64,000 bases of DNA from positions 1,011-65,010 of the forward strand of contig PLYL01000005.1 in assembly GCA_003151795.1 (NCBI GenBank), given 5' to 3'. The notes below the pieces were generated by a model. It was not told the DNA's origin and did no database searches. It was given only the letters and a program-made list of their open reading frames with translations. The stretch comes from Candidatus Yanofskybacteria bacterium (lineage in GTDB: Bacteria > Patescibacteriota > Minisyncoccia > 2-02-FULL-40-12 > GWA2-44-9). Position numbers and translations under genes: made by a program. Each line of letters opens with the position of its first letter. Position 1 is the first letter of the stretch. This document shows, piece by piece, positions 27,854 to 36,677 of this stretch.

Positions 27854-28468
27854 ATGTTGAAAAACACAATAACTATTTTAATTTTTACTACAATCGTGAT
27901 AGTGTTTTTTATTTATCGAAACGAAGCGAAAGCGCCTAGTGAGATGGTGACACCGAAGGTAAGCCAAGTAATCAATTCAGCAAATACTATTTTTGATAAA
28001 GCGCGGATAACCAAGAAACCGTTTGGGATTTATATCACGCCGAAGAATTCGCCGGTTCAGCCGGAGAAATTTACGGGCTATCATACGGGCGTGGATTTTG
28101 AGACGACCTCGGCGGAGGAAAATATCGATGTGTCGGTGCCGGCATTTTGCGACGGTAAATTATTGTTGAAAGAATATGTGTCCGGCTACGGTGGCGTGGC
28201 GGTGGAGTCTTGCGTGCTCAATAATCAACCTGTAACGATTATCTATGGCCACCTACGGCTTGCCAGCATTACGCCGGCAGTCGGGCAATTATTAAATAAA
28301 GGGGATTTGCTCGGCGTTCTTGGTAAAGGCTATTCCACCGAAACCGACGGTGAGCGCAAACATCTCCACTTTGGTATTCACATCGGTTCCGCCATCAATA
28401 TCCTCGGCTACGTTCAAACCCAATCCGCTCTCTCCGGCTGGCTGGACCCCGTGCAATTTTTGAAATAG
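27854..28468 (+). CDS. M23-family (LytM-type) metallopeptidase with N-terminal TM anchor
   Basis: GYHTGVDFE (HxxxD) and HLHFGIHIG (HxH) are M23 zinc-ligand motifs. It starts 10 nt after the RT stop. Confidence 0.7.
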   Translation: MLKNTITILIFTTIVIVFFIYRNEAKAPSEMVTPKVSQVINSANTIFDKARITKKPFGIYITPKNSPVQPEKFTGYHTGVDFETTSAEENIDVSVPAFCDGKLLLKEYVSGYGGVAVESCVLNNQPVTIIYGHLRLASITPAVGQLLNKGDLLGVLGKGYSTETDGERKHLHFGIHIGSAINILGYVQTQSALSGWLDPVQFLK

Positions 28469-28514
28469 TTGACAAAAGACATCTTTTAAAGTATGATTAG
28501 TTTCGAAGGAGGGA

Positions 28515-28928
28515 TTGATGCGAAAGAGCTTTTGGATACAGGAGTTTATAATCATCTTGGCGGTGGTGGCAATGCTGTTTGTTGTCGTGTCAAGAACGGA
28601 CGACAAGCAGAAGCGGGTCGGCATTCAGAACTCATTCACAGCTAAGATTGTGTCCGTCGAACCAGTCAGAAGTTGTGACGCGATTCCGCCGACGAGCTAT
28701 CTTCAAGTTGTGTTTGATCGGCCAATCGGGGTAAGGATAGCTGGCTATTCTTCCGACTCAATCTTGCTTGTTGAAGTGGTTGATGGGTCGGATCTAAGGA
28801 TTATGCTTGATGGTCAGTCAAAGAAGCAGTCCAGATGGAGGCTCTCTGAAGAGCAAAAGCTTGGATGTGCTGGCAACGGAGAACGTCATCTTCTTGTCCA
28901 CGATCTTGAGCAGATTTCCCAGCCATGA
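28515..28928 (+). CDS. Hypothetical protein with N-terminal TM (137 aa)
   Basis: ORF with a hydrophobic N-terminus. No recognisable domain. Confidence 0.4.
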   Translation: MMRKSFWIQEFIIILAVVAMLFVVVSRTDDKQKRVGIQNSFTAKIVSVEPVRSCDAIPPTSYLQVVFDRPIGVRIAGYSSDSILLVEVVDGSDLRIMLDGQSKKQSRWRLSEEQKLGCAGNGERHLLVHDLEQISQP

Positions 28929-29006
28929 CTCGCGCAGGAACCAGGCGAAACCCTCGGTTCCATGCCGCGGGTTTTTCGTTTTAATAAATTGTGCTAATAT
29001 CCGCAT

Positions 29007-29618
29007 ATGTATAACCAACTTGCATCACAAGAACAAATAGACAAGACCGTCACGGCGCTCAAAACTAACGGCATTGATTCGTATGTGGCTAAAGATAGCG
29101 CCGACGCGAAGGCCAAGGTTATAGAGCTGATTCCGAAAGGTGTACAGATTATGACGATGCCGTCGGTCACGCTGGATACGCTCGGGATTGCTAAAGAAAT
29201 AAATGAATCCGGAAATTATGATTCTGTGCGCGCCAGGCTCTTAAAGATGGACCGCAAGACGCAAGCCCGCGAAATGAAAATGCTTGGCGCCGCGCCGGAA
29301 TACGCTATCGGGAGCGTCCATGCCGTGACCGAGGATGGTAAGGTCGTGATTGCTTCAGCGACCGGAAGTCAATTGCCGGCCTACGCCTATGGCGCGGATA
29401 AAGTCCTTTGGGTCGTCGGTACGCAAAAGATTGTCAAAGACATCGCCGACGCTTTTAAGCGCGTCCAAGAATACGTTTTGCCGCTCGAAAGCGAACGGGC
29501 CAACAAAGCTTACAACATTACGACCGGCAGTTTCGTCGCCAAGGAACTGGTTATCAATCGAGAAATCACGCCCGGACGCATCACCGTCGTTTTTGTGCCC
29601 GAAGTCATTGGTTTCTAA
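29007..29618 (+). CDS. LUD-domain (LutC/YkgG-like, DUF162) protein
   Basis: Length and motif pattern (GIAKE..., GADKVLWVVGTQKIV, ITVVFVPE) fit the LUD/LutC family. Confidence 0.55.
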   Translation: MYNQLASQEQIDKTVTALKTNGIDSYVAKDSADAKAKVIELIPKGVQIMTMPSVTLDTLGIAKEINESGNYDSVRARLLKMDRKTQAREMKMLGAAPEYAIGSVHAVTEDGKVVIASATGSQLPAYAYGADKVLWVVGTQKIVKDIADAFKRVQEYVLPLESERANKAYNITTGSFVAKELVINREITPGRITVVFVPEVIGF

Positions 29619-29639
29619 GACGAAGTAATGTGATATAGT

Positions 29640-30605
29640 ATGAGCATGACATACGAAGAAGGAATTTTGGGAATTCCGAAACAATTTAAGTATCAGCCAG
29701 AGATTATCAACAAGGATAAAATCCGCCCGTTCCAGCGGATTATTGTTTTGGGGATGGGCGGGTCGCGCTTAGCCGCGGATATTTTGAATATGCTCCAGCC
29801 GGAACTGGATATCCATATCCATTCCGATTATGATTTGCCCGCTTTGAGTTCTGAAACATTAGCGGAGGCGCTAGTGATTGCCAATTCCTATTCGGGCAAT
29901 ACGGCTGAACCGATTTCGGGCGCTAAAATTGCCATTGAGCGGGGACTTAATCTTGTGATTATCGCGAGCGGCGGGGAATTGATTACGCTCGCGAGGGAAA
30001 AGCAGATTCCTCACGCGGTTCTGCCTCATAGCCCATATCCGCCCCGGATGATGCTCGGCCATGACCTCGTAGCCATGGCGGAAATTATTGGCTTTGATTC
30101 TGCCGAATTGCAATCATGCCAGCACATTGATGCCCAAGCCTTAAAATCTGAAGGCACGCAAGTCGCCCGGCAGATGGGTTCGGCGATTCCGCTTATCTAT
30201 ACCTCGGAGCGTTTAAATGAACTCGGTTATATTTGGAAAGTTATTTTAAATGAAACCGCGAAGATGCCGGCGTTTCATAATCGTTTTCCCGAAGCGGACC
30301 ATAACGAAATCGCCGGATTCCAAGGCGATTGGGCGGCCGGGTTTCATTCTATATTTATCCGGGACGAACTTAACGCGCGCCTTGGCGAGCGGATGGATTT
30401 AACCGCTAAACTATTTCAATCGCACGGCATGCTGGTGGCTTCAATACCTCTGGCCGGCGTTTCCTTGGCCGAAAAGATTATTTCCTCGATTATTGTCGCT
30501 CACTGGACGGCCCTGGAATTGGCCGTCACAAATAATGTCGAACCGCTCGCGGTGCCGGAAATAGAAGAGTTCAAGAAAGAGCTACACAATCTAGTAAAAC
30601 CTTAA
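29640..30605 (+). CDS. Bifunctional phosphoglucose/phosphomannose isomerase (archaeal-type SIS-domain PGI/PMI)
   Basis: IIVLGMGGSRLAADIL SIS motif, about 320-aa length, and the conserved C-terminal region. Confidence 0.7.
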   Translation: MSMTYEEGILGIPKQFKYQPEIINKDKIRPFQRIIVLGMGGSRLAADILNMLQPELDIHIHSDYDLPALSSETLAEALVIANSYSGNTAEPISGAKIAIERGLNLVIIASGGELITLAREKQIPHAVLPHSPYPPRMMLGHDLVAMAEIIGFDSAELQSCQHIDAQALKSEGTQVARQMGSAIPLIYTSERLNELGYIWKVILNETAKMPAFHNRFPEADHNEIAGFQGDWAAGFHSIFIRDELNARLGERMDLTAKLFQSHGMLVASIPLAGVSLAEKIISSIIVAHWTALELAVTNNVEPLAVPEIEEFKKELHNLVKP

Positions 30606-33361
30606 CCTCCACAATCGGAATCAGTTGTGCATGTTTGATCCGGATTATCGCTACAGACGCCATTACCGGCGTCATCTATATTTGTACAAGAAGGTAAACC
30701 TGAACCGTTGACCGAGCTATCACTTGCGCATTCAATATCAGTTGTGCAGGTCTTGGTTTGATCATTGCTACAAATCCCATTACCGGCATCATCTTTGTTT
30801 GTGCAGGTACCGGCAGCACCTGAAGTGTTAGATGAAGCGCATTGAGCTTCTCCTGTGCAGGGTGTCCCCGTGTCGGTGCAATAGCCGTCTTTACAAAGAG
30901 GGTCGATACCGCCGCAATCAACTTCACTCCCGCAGGGTTGCCCAGGATTTTGGGGAGAATTAGCGGAGCAAACGTAATTTACGCAGAAGTTTGTGGGAGT
31001 TTTAGGTGTACTGCCAGTTGCTGGCGCGGTGCCGGCCGTGGGATTGGTCGCCGGTATGCCGGGGAGTTTAACCACGCTGCCAACGAGGTCGGGGTTGATG
31101 GTATTGAGAATTATAAAAGCCGAGAAGAGGACCAAGGCGCCGTAGACGGCGTTTTTCATAATAGTTTTAGCTCGACTGACTCTGTCGGCACCGCCAGCGG
31201 CAGTGAACCATAAGAATCCGGCGTAGAAAAATCTGACAAAGATAACGAGGCCGATAATCGACAGCGACCAGACAAATATCGCCGAAATCAATTGGCCGAG
31301 ATCGGTGGGCAGGCCCTTGCTGGGGACGGGGAAATCCGTACTCTTTGGAATCGGACCATTATTAACTGGACCAGTGGAAGGCGTCCCAATACCCGAGACA
31401 AATTTGACATCTTGGGTATCGGGACTCGCGGCTGCGGCGTACGTGCCGGTTACCGGATTGACGGCCGCGGCCAGCCATAGGCCATTGGCGGTCCACGTCC
31501 CGGCAAAAACAGTTTGGCCATCGCCGCCGTTATCAGAACTATCAAAGGAAGTGAACTTATCGCTTGTTTTGTTGGAATTCACGACAAATAAACCAAAGCC
31601 ATTTGTATTTTGGACGAGAATTCCGGTTTGAACTCCATCCGCGAGGGAGATAGGATCTTGTCCGGGATCATCGGCGCAAGTAGTAAGAGTCTTTGAGTCG
31701 ATAGACCCGTCTGGATTAAGCCACGCCGCGACATATGAACTATCAGTTGAGTTATAAATAATACCGGCATTGTCTTGGGCTTGGCCAAGTTCTGTCGCGG
31801 TCCCGATTGTGCCATCCGCGGAAACCGGTTGGATTTTTAATTTATCTCCATCCAAATAGGTGGCGCAATATTCTTTGGTCTTTGTATTAATCGCCACGCT
31901 CGGGGCACTGCCCTTAAGACTGACGTCGGCGAGCTTAGTCGGGCCGGTGATTGTGCCGGAACCATCAATACCAACGACCATAATTCCAACACTATTGGCG
32001 GCTTTTTCGTAAACTAAAACAAAACGCTGATTGATGGCGTCAAATTGAATGTCGCTGGCGCTATAGAGATGAGCCCCGCCCGTGGCGATTTTGAAGGCTG
32101 TACCCGAAGCCGAACCGTCTTCTGATAATAACTGGCCCCATAGGACAGCGCTTGGATCTTGGCCAGATGTCCAGACGACCAGATATTTATTTAGACTTGG
32201 ACTATAAGAGACTTTCGGCGTGTGGGCACCACTGCCGCCGATGTTTAAAACCGACCCGCTGGGCTTATTCGCGTCGGTCATTAATTGGCCTTGAATTTTT
32301 CCGCCATTTTCGGCGACAACGAGCCATAATTTTTTAGCCGGATCAAAAACAAGACTGGGGTTTTTGCCAGATAGCGCGGTCACGCCGGCACTGGTTGGAC
32401 TAATCAGGCAAGGAGCATCTTGGGGATAGACATAAGCCCAGCCGGTGAATGAGGTTCCGTCATATGGGACAGGATTAACGCCAGGATAGTTATAAATATA
32501 AAGAGGGTTGCCAGGACTACTATGTTCAGATTCGCAGTAAGTAGAAACACCATCACCGCCATCGCCATAGTTACAAGCCTCGGCATTGTTTGTTTGGCAT
32601 AATTTTAAACATGTGGCTAAACTTAAACCAGATGGTGTCGTATCAAACGTAGGACTCGTTCCTCGTATCTGTCCACCGACGATTACATTTTCAGGGCAGA
32701 AATTTCCTCCGCCGCCACTGCCAGGACCGGGATTTGGCCCAGGTGCTGGGGTAGGATTTGGAGCACCGGCCGGGCAAGTGCTTGGATCAGTGGCGTCAAG
32801 AGGGCTCTGAAGCACTATAATATTTGACCGTTCTTTTAAATCGGTGTTGCCATTGCGTGCGTCGCCGGCCGTGACCATGAATCCAAGCTGTTCTCCCGCT
32901 TTAAATTGATAGCCCGTCATTGGCGCCCAGCGGTTGTCGTAGTACCAGTTGCAGGTGGCATCGGAGATTGGCGCACCGGTAATCGGATCTCTCCCGTACC
33001 AAGCTTCAATAATTCCAGATCCAACCCACTTGCCGTTTATATTTAAAAAAAGCCAGAGTGTGTACTGGAGACTAGACGGACTCCCGTCGGGGTTAGTTCC
33101 AATAAATCCAGGAAGGTCGGTCTGGTCGGGCCAGCGGTTGGGGCCATTTTTTCTATCAAAATCAACGCTGACCGGGCCGTTAAGCACAACACTGTTGATA
33201 GTGGCTGTCACGGGCCAACTGGCAACGTCTTGCGGAGAACTGCCGGTTATGGTGGCCTGGCTTAAATTAAAGGCGTCTCCAGTCGCGGCGACGATGTGTT
33301 TTTGAGGACTAAAAAAAGCTAGCAGGATGATGCTACAGACGATAAAAATGCGAGATTTCAT
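30602..33361 (-). CDS. Large secreted/cell-surface protein (919 aa): signal peptide, beta-rich central region, VirB2/TrbC-like two-TM pilin-like segment, C-terminal Cys-rich repeats
   Basis: Signal MKSRIFIVCSIILLAFF. Two TM helices flank AAGGADRVSRAKTIMKNA. C-terminal repeats NxDDAGNGxCSxxxxxTCTTDxxC (x2) and other Cys-rich blocks. Pro/Gly linker PNPTPAPGPNPGPGSGGGG. Confidence 0.6.
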   Translation of the reverse strand: MKSRIFIVCSIILLAFFSPQKHIVAATGDAFNLSQATITGSSPQDVASWPVTATINSVVLNGPVSVDFDRKNGPNRWPDQTDLPGFIGTNPDGSPSSLQYTLWLFLNINGKWVGSGIIEAWYGRDPITGAPISDATCNWYYDNRWAPMTGYQFKAGEQLGFMVTAGDARNGNTDLKERSNIIVLQSPLDATDPSTCPAGAPNPTPAPGPNPGPGSGGGGNFCPENVIVGGQIRGTSPTFDTTPSGLSLATCLKLCQTNNAEACNYGDGGDGVSTYCESEHSSPGNPLYIYNYPGVNPVPYDGTSFTGWAYVYPQDAPCLISPTSAGVTALSGKNPSLVFDPAKKLWLVVAENGGKIQGQLMTDANKPSGSVLNIGGSGAHTPKVSYSPSLNKYLVVWTSGQDPSAVLWGQLLSEDGSASGTAFKIATGGAHLYSASDIQFDAINQRFVLVYEKAANSVGIMVVGIDGSGTITGPTKLADVSLKGSAPSVAINTKTKEYCATYLDGDKLKIQPVSADGTIGTATELGQAQDNAGIIYNSTDSSYVAAWLNPDGSIDSKTLTTCADDPGQDPISLADGVQTGILVQNTNGFGLFVVNSNKTSDKFTSFDSSDNGGDGQTVFAGTWTANGLWLAAAVNPVTGTYAAAASPDTQDVKFVSGIGTPSTGPVNNGPIPKSTDFPVPSKGLPTDLGQLISAIFVWSLSIIGLVIFVRFFYAGFLWFTAAGGADRVSRAKTIMKNAVYGALVLFSAFIILNTINPDLVGSVVKLPGIPATNPTAGTAPATGSTPKTPTNFCVNYVCSANSPQNPGQPCGSEVDCGGIDPLCKDGYCTDTGTPCTGEAQCASSNTSGAAGTCTNKDDAGNGICSNDQTKTCTTDIECASDSSVNGSGLPSCTNIDDAGNGVCSDNPDQTCTTDSDCGG

Positions 33362-33412
33362 CTTTTACATATTATAGCGTATTAACAAAATAGATAGTAT
33401 GTGGATTATCCA

Positions 33413-33477
33413 CCCCGCATATAACTGTCAGCATTTTTGTCTGGACCTTGCGGGTCAACTGACAGTTATGTGCGGGG
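33413..33477. repeat. IR-element copy 3: 19-bp inverted repeat (CCCCGCATATAACTGTCAG / CTGACAGTTATGTGCGGGG, 1 mismatch), 27-bp spacer
   Basis: Same core CCCGCA(C/T)ATAAC...GTTATGTGCGGG as copies 1 and 2. It lies 70 nt upstream of the 33551 gene. Confidence 0.7.
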
Positions 33478-33550
33478 TCCACCCCGAGTATAAAATAAGA
33501 TTGCAACGTAGCAGGTCGTCAGTCCGTATCCATGTGATATACTAAAACGG

Positions 33551-34825
33551 ATGAAACGAGCACTAGGATATCGTGGTTTTTTCGTGTTCCTGGCGATGAT
33601 TTTGCCGGGATTGTGCTTTGGTATTTCGGCCCGCGCGAGTACTGCGAGTGATACAGACCAGCAGATCCAGTCCCTCCAACAGCAAATCGACCAATATCAA
33701 CAACAGATTGACGCCGTTCATTCGCAAGCCGTCACGCTGCAGGGCCAGATTGCGGTGCTCACTGCGCAAATCAATCAATACACATTGCAATTAAAAAGCT
33801 TAGCCCTTTCAATCAGTCAGACGAACGCCGATATCAAAGATACGCAGAAAAAAATAAGCGACGCGGAGGCGCAAATAAGCCAAGATCAGATTGTGTTGGC
33901 CCAGTATCTTAGAGTGGTGTATCAGAACGACCAAGAAACTCTGACGGGCATTTTATTTAAAAACAACACGCTCTCGGATTTTTTTAATGACGTGAATAGT
34001 ATTAGCACCACCCAAGATCAACTCAAGACGACTATCGATACCATTAAAGCTCTCGATACGTCTTTGACCGCCACCGAACAAGATTTAGAAGACAAACAGA
34101 CCACTCTTGAAAATCAGCAAGGTGAGACCCAAGTTCTCCAAAGAAATATCGCTCAAAATAAAGCTCAACAAAATTCTCTTCTGAAAAACGCTCAAGGCCA
34201 AGAGCTAACGCTCCAGCAGAAAAAAAACACTCTCCAACAAGAAATTTATTATTTGGAACAAAACGGCGTATCGGTGGATGATGCCATAAAGTATGGCAAT
34301 CTGGCCGCAATCGCCGCGGGCATCCGGCCGGCATTCCTGCTCGCCGAACTTGATCAGGAATCAGGCATTGGACAAAATGTCGGCAAGTGCAATCGCGCCG
34401 GCGATCCGCCGTCAAAGAGTTACAAAGTCGTCATGAAGCCGAGCCGCGATATCCAGCCTTTTTTACAGATAACGTCCGAACTCGGGCTTGATCCCAATAC
34501 GACGGCGATTTCTTGCGCCGCCGCGGGCGGTTATGGCGGCGCGCTCGGCCCCGCTCAATTCCTGCCGTCAACATGGCTCGGCTATGCCGACCAAGTTGCC
34601 AGTCTCACCGGCCATAGTCCGGCCAATCCGTGGAATATCGAAGATGCTTTCACCGCCGCCGCCGCGAAGCTTTTTAAAGCCGGGGCGGGGAGTAAAGACA
34701 AAGCCGGGGAAATAGCGGCCTCAAAAGCGTATTATTGCGGCAACTCGGCCAGTACGAGAAAAGATTGTATTAATTACGCGAACAATGTCCAAGCATTAGA
34801 AAGTCAAGTTCAGCAGAATCTTTAA
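33551..34825 (+). CDS. Secreted PcsB-like coiled-coil protein with C-terminal lytic-transglycosylase-like (MltB/SLT-type) domain
   Basis: Signal peptide, about 230-aa Q-rich coiled coil, then GGALGPAQFLPSTW (the transglycosylase signature G.MQF.PSTW). Confidence 0.55.
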   Translation: MKRALGYRGFFVFLAMILPGLCFGISARASTASDTDQQIQSLQQQIDQYQQQIDAVHSQAVTLQGQIAVLTAQINQYTLQLKSLALSISQTNADIKDTQKKISDAEAQISQDQIVLAQYLRVVYQNDQETLTGILFKNNTLSDFFNDVNSISTTQDQLKTTIDTIKALDTSLTATEQDLEDKQTTLENQQGETQVLQRNIAQNKAQQNSLLKNAQGQELTLQQKKNTLQQEIYYLEQNGVSVDDAIKYGNLAAIAAGIRPAFLLAELDQESGIGQNVGKCNRAGDPPSKSYKVVMKPSRDIQPFLQITSELGLDPNTTAISCAAAGGYGGALGPAQFLPSTWLGYADQVASLTGHSPANPWNIEDAFTAAAAKLFKAGAGSKDKAGEIAASKAYYCGNSASTRKDCINYANNVQALESQVQQNL

Positions 34826-34829
34826 ATCT

Positions 34830-36170
34830 ATGAGAATTAAGAAATCAAAATTACTACTCATATCCGCGGGCGCTGTTTTTGCGGTGTTTTTATATTCGGC
34901 GCCGGCCCAGGCCGCAAGTATTTCCGCCTCTATTTCTTCGCTGACGAATTTATTTTCTCAAAAACAAATTGAAATCATAATTCCTTCGCCGACCGCCCCG
35001 CCGGTGCCCTGGACCATCTCTCAAAAAATTACCGAAGCCGAAAATCTTCTCAAAGGCGTTACTTTAACGGTCGGGGATAACGATATCGCCTACACCGAGA
35101 CGCGCTATACGCTGGTGAACGGAAAACTGGCGCCGACCGTTAAAAATTTCAAAGAGCCGGAAAAACAAATCGCCCTGGCAGTCCTTGACACCGTCTCCGG
35201 CCAGATTCAAATCGTGACTATCGTCAAACACGGCGCCGATTTAATCGCCCCGCCCGGTTGGAACATTAATATTCTTCAGCGCCTAAGCGGAATTATTTGG
35301 AACGGCTGGAACACGGCTTACAAAATCAACGTACCCGCCCACAGCGTGGTTATTGCCAATGTCTATCCCAACGAGACCGACACTAAAATTGCCCAAAAAC
35401 AAAAAGGCAAGACGGTCTATGTGACCCAGCGGACAATTGATTATGAATTATACGCCCCATATAGCCCCGATTTGCATTCATCAGAATTAGTTAAGTCGGG
35501 CGCGGGCTATACCGCCGCGGTTATTGCCAGGGCTTTCGATGATTTGCGCGTTGCCGGCGTGAAATCGCGCGCGGTTTCCGGCGCTCTCGTGGCTGATGTC
35601 TTCGCTTCGCATTCTGAATTTTTCGGCCACATTCCACTGCTTGAACAAACCGATCTCACGGAATTTGAAATCGATCCGCAGAATACGGTGGAGCGGGCCC
35701 AAGTCATTATCGGCGCGAATCAAGACCAGGCTTTCGGCACGACCTGCAGCAGCTCGAGCGCGTGCGGGTGGCTTCAATTCATGCCGAGCACCTATGCCAC
35801 GATTGTGAGAGATTACCCTTCAGCTAAATTAATCAAAGATTTTAAAACCGGCGCCGCCGATCACCTTAATTCAATGAAAGCCGCCGTCTTGCTCTATGAC
35901 GAAAATCTTAATGGCCTCATCAAAACTAACGGTCAAAAAGTACTGACCGATCCAAAACTGGAGGAGTATTTGGCGTCTTCTTATAACGGCTCGCCGAAAC
36001 ATGTCTACGCGACTCTCACCGCTTCCATCATCGGCGGTCTTCAAGATTGGATTGACGGCTTAACGGCTAAAAAAGGCGGCCTCCAAGATGAAACCAAAGG
36101 CTATCTGGTCAAGCTCCGCTATCTGCAACAGCATTATAATCCTCTCAATTCAACAGTCGCGGCCAAGTGA
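34830..36170 (+). CDS. Secreted lytic-transglycosylase-like protein (paralogous catalytic domain)
   Basis: Signal peptide and CGWLQFMPSTYATIVRDY motif. Confidence 0.5.
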   Translation: MRIKKSKLLLISAGAVFAVFLYSAPAQAASISASISSLTNLFSQKQIEIIIPSPTAPPVPWTISQKITEAENLLKGVTLTVGDNDIAYTETRYTLVNGKLAPTVKNFKEPEKQIALAVLDTVSGQIQIVTIVKHGADLIAPPGWNINILQRLSGIIWNGWNTAYKINVPAHSVVIANVYPNETDTKIAQKQKGKTVYVTQRTIDYELYAPYSPDLHSSELVKSGAGYTAAVIARAFDDLRVAGVKSRAVSGALVADVFASHSEFFGHIPLLEQTDLTEFEIDPQNTVERAQVIIGANQDQAFGTTCSSSSACGWLQFMPSTYATIVRDYPSAKLIKDFKTGAADHLNSMKAAVLLYDENLNGLIKTNGQKVLTDPKLEEYLASSYNGSPKHVYATLTASIIGGLQDWIDGLTAKKGGLQDETKGYLVKLRYLQQHYNPLNSTVAAK

Positions 36171-36173
36171 GTC

Positions 36174-36653
36174 CTACTTCTTTTTTGAGAACAACTTGAA
36201 GTCGAGCAACACTTCTTCAGCGTGGAGTTCGGGCTTTACGTTTTCGTAAATTTTGGCGATGAGCCCTTTCGGATTAATCAGAAACGAAGTTCGCATGGTG
36301 CCCAGATATTCCCGGCCCATAAATTTTTTCTTGGCCCAGACGCCGTATTTTTTGACGACTAATTTTTTCTCATCGGCGAGCAAAGTAAAAGGCAATTTGT
36401 ATTTCGTCACAAACTTGTCATGACTTTTGACGGAATCGACGCTAATACCCAGCACATCAAGTTTTAATTTTTTAAAATCGGGATAGTTGTCTCGGATTGA
36501 GCAAGCTTCCTTGGTACAGCCCGGCGTATCATCTTTCGGATAAAAATAGACCAGCACCCAGTGGCCTAAATAGTCCGACAATGAATGTTCTTTGCCGTTC
36601 TGGTCTGAAAGCGTGAAGTCCGGAGCCTTTTGTTTGAGTTTGATTTTCATCAT
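36174..36653 (-). CDS. bcp: Thiol peroxidase / peroxiredoxin Bcp
   Basis: APDFTLSDQNGKEHSLSDYLGHWVLVYFYPKDDTPGCTKEACSIRD is the PxxxTxxC peroxiredoxin active site. Start set at MMKIK. Confidence 0.8.
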   Translation of the reverse strand: MMKIKLKQKAPDFTLSDQNGKEHSLSDYLGHWVLVYFYPKDDTPGCTKEACSIRDNYPDFKKLKLDVLGISVDSVKSHDKFVTKYKLPFTLLADEKKLVVKKYGVWAKKKFMGREYLGTMRTSFLINPKGLIAKIYENVKPELHAEEVLLDFKLFSKKK

Positions 36654-36677
36654 ATTTTGCAATATACTAACTAAATT

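Noticed and set aside
26053-27854. Group II intron origin of the RT
   Set aside because: The next gene starts 10 nt after the RT stop, so there is no room for domains V/VI downstream. Only about 470 nt lie upstream and they contain a promoter and a mini-ORF rather than domains I-IV. No maturase X or En domain is evident.
3606-33477. Interpreting the three CCCGCACATAAC...GTTATGTGCGGG inverted-repeat elements as integron attC sites
   Set aside because: attC-like features are present: the ends resemble RYYYAAC / GTTRRRY and there is a variable central region. However, the cores do not fit exactly (GTTATGT has a pyrimidine in the RRR positions). The copies are dispersed over 30 kb rather than arrayed. 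The downstream start codons lie inside the right arm. No intI or attI is present.
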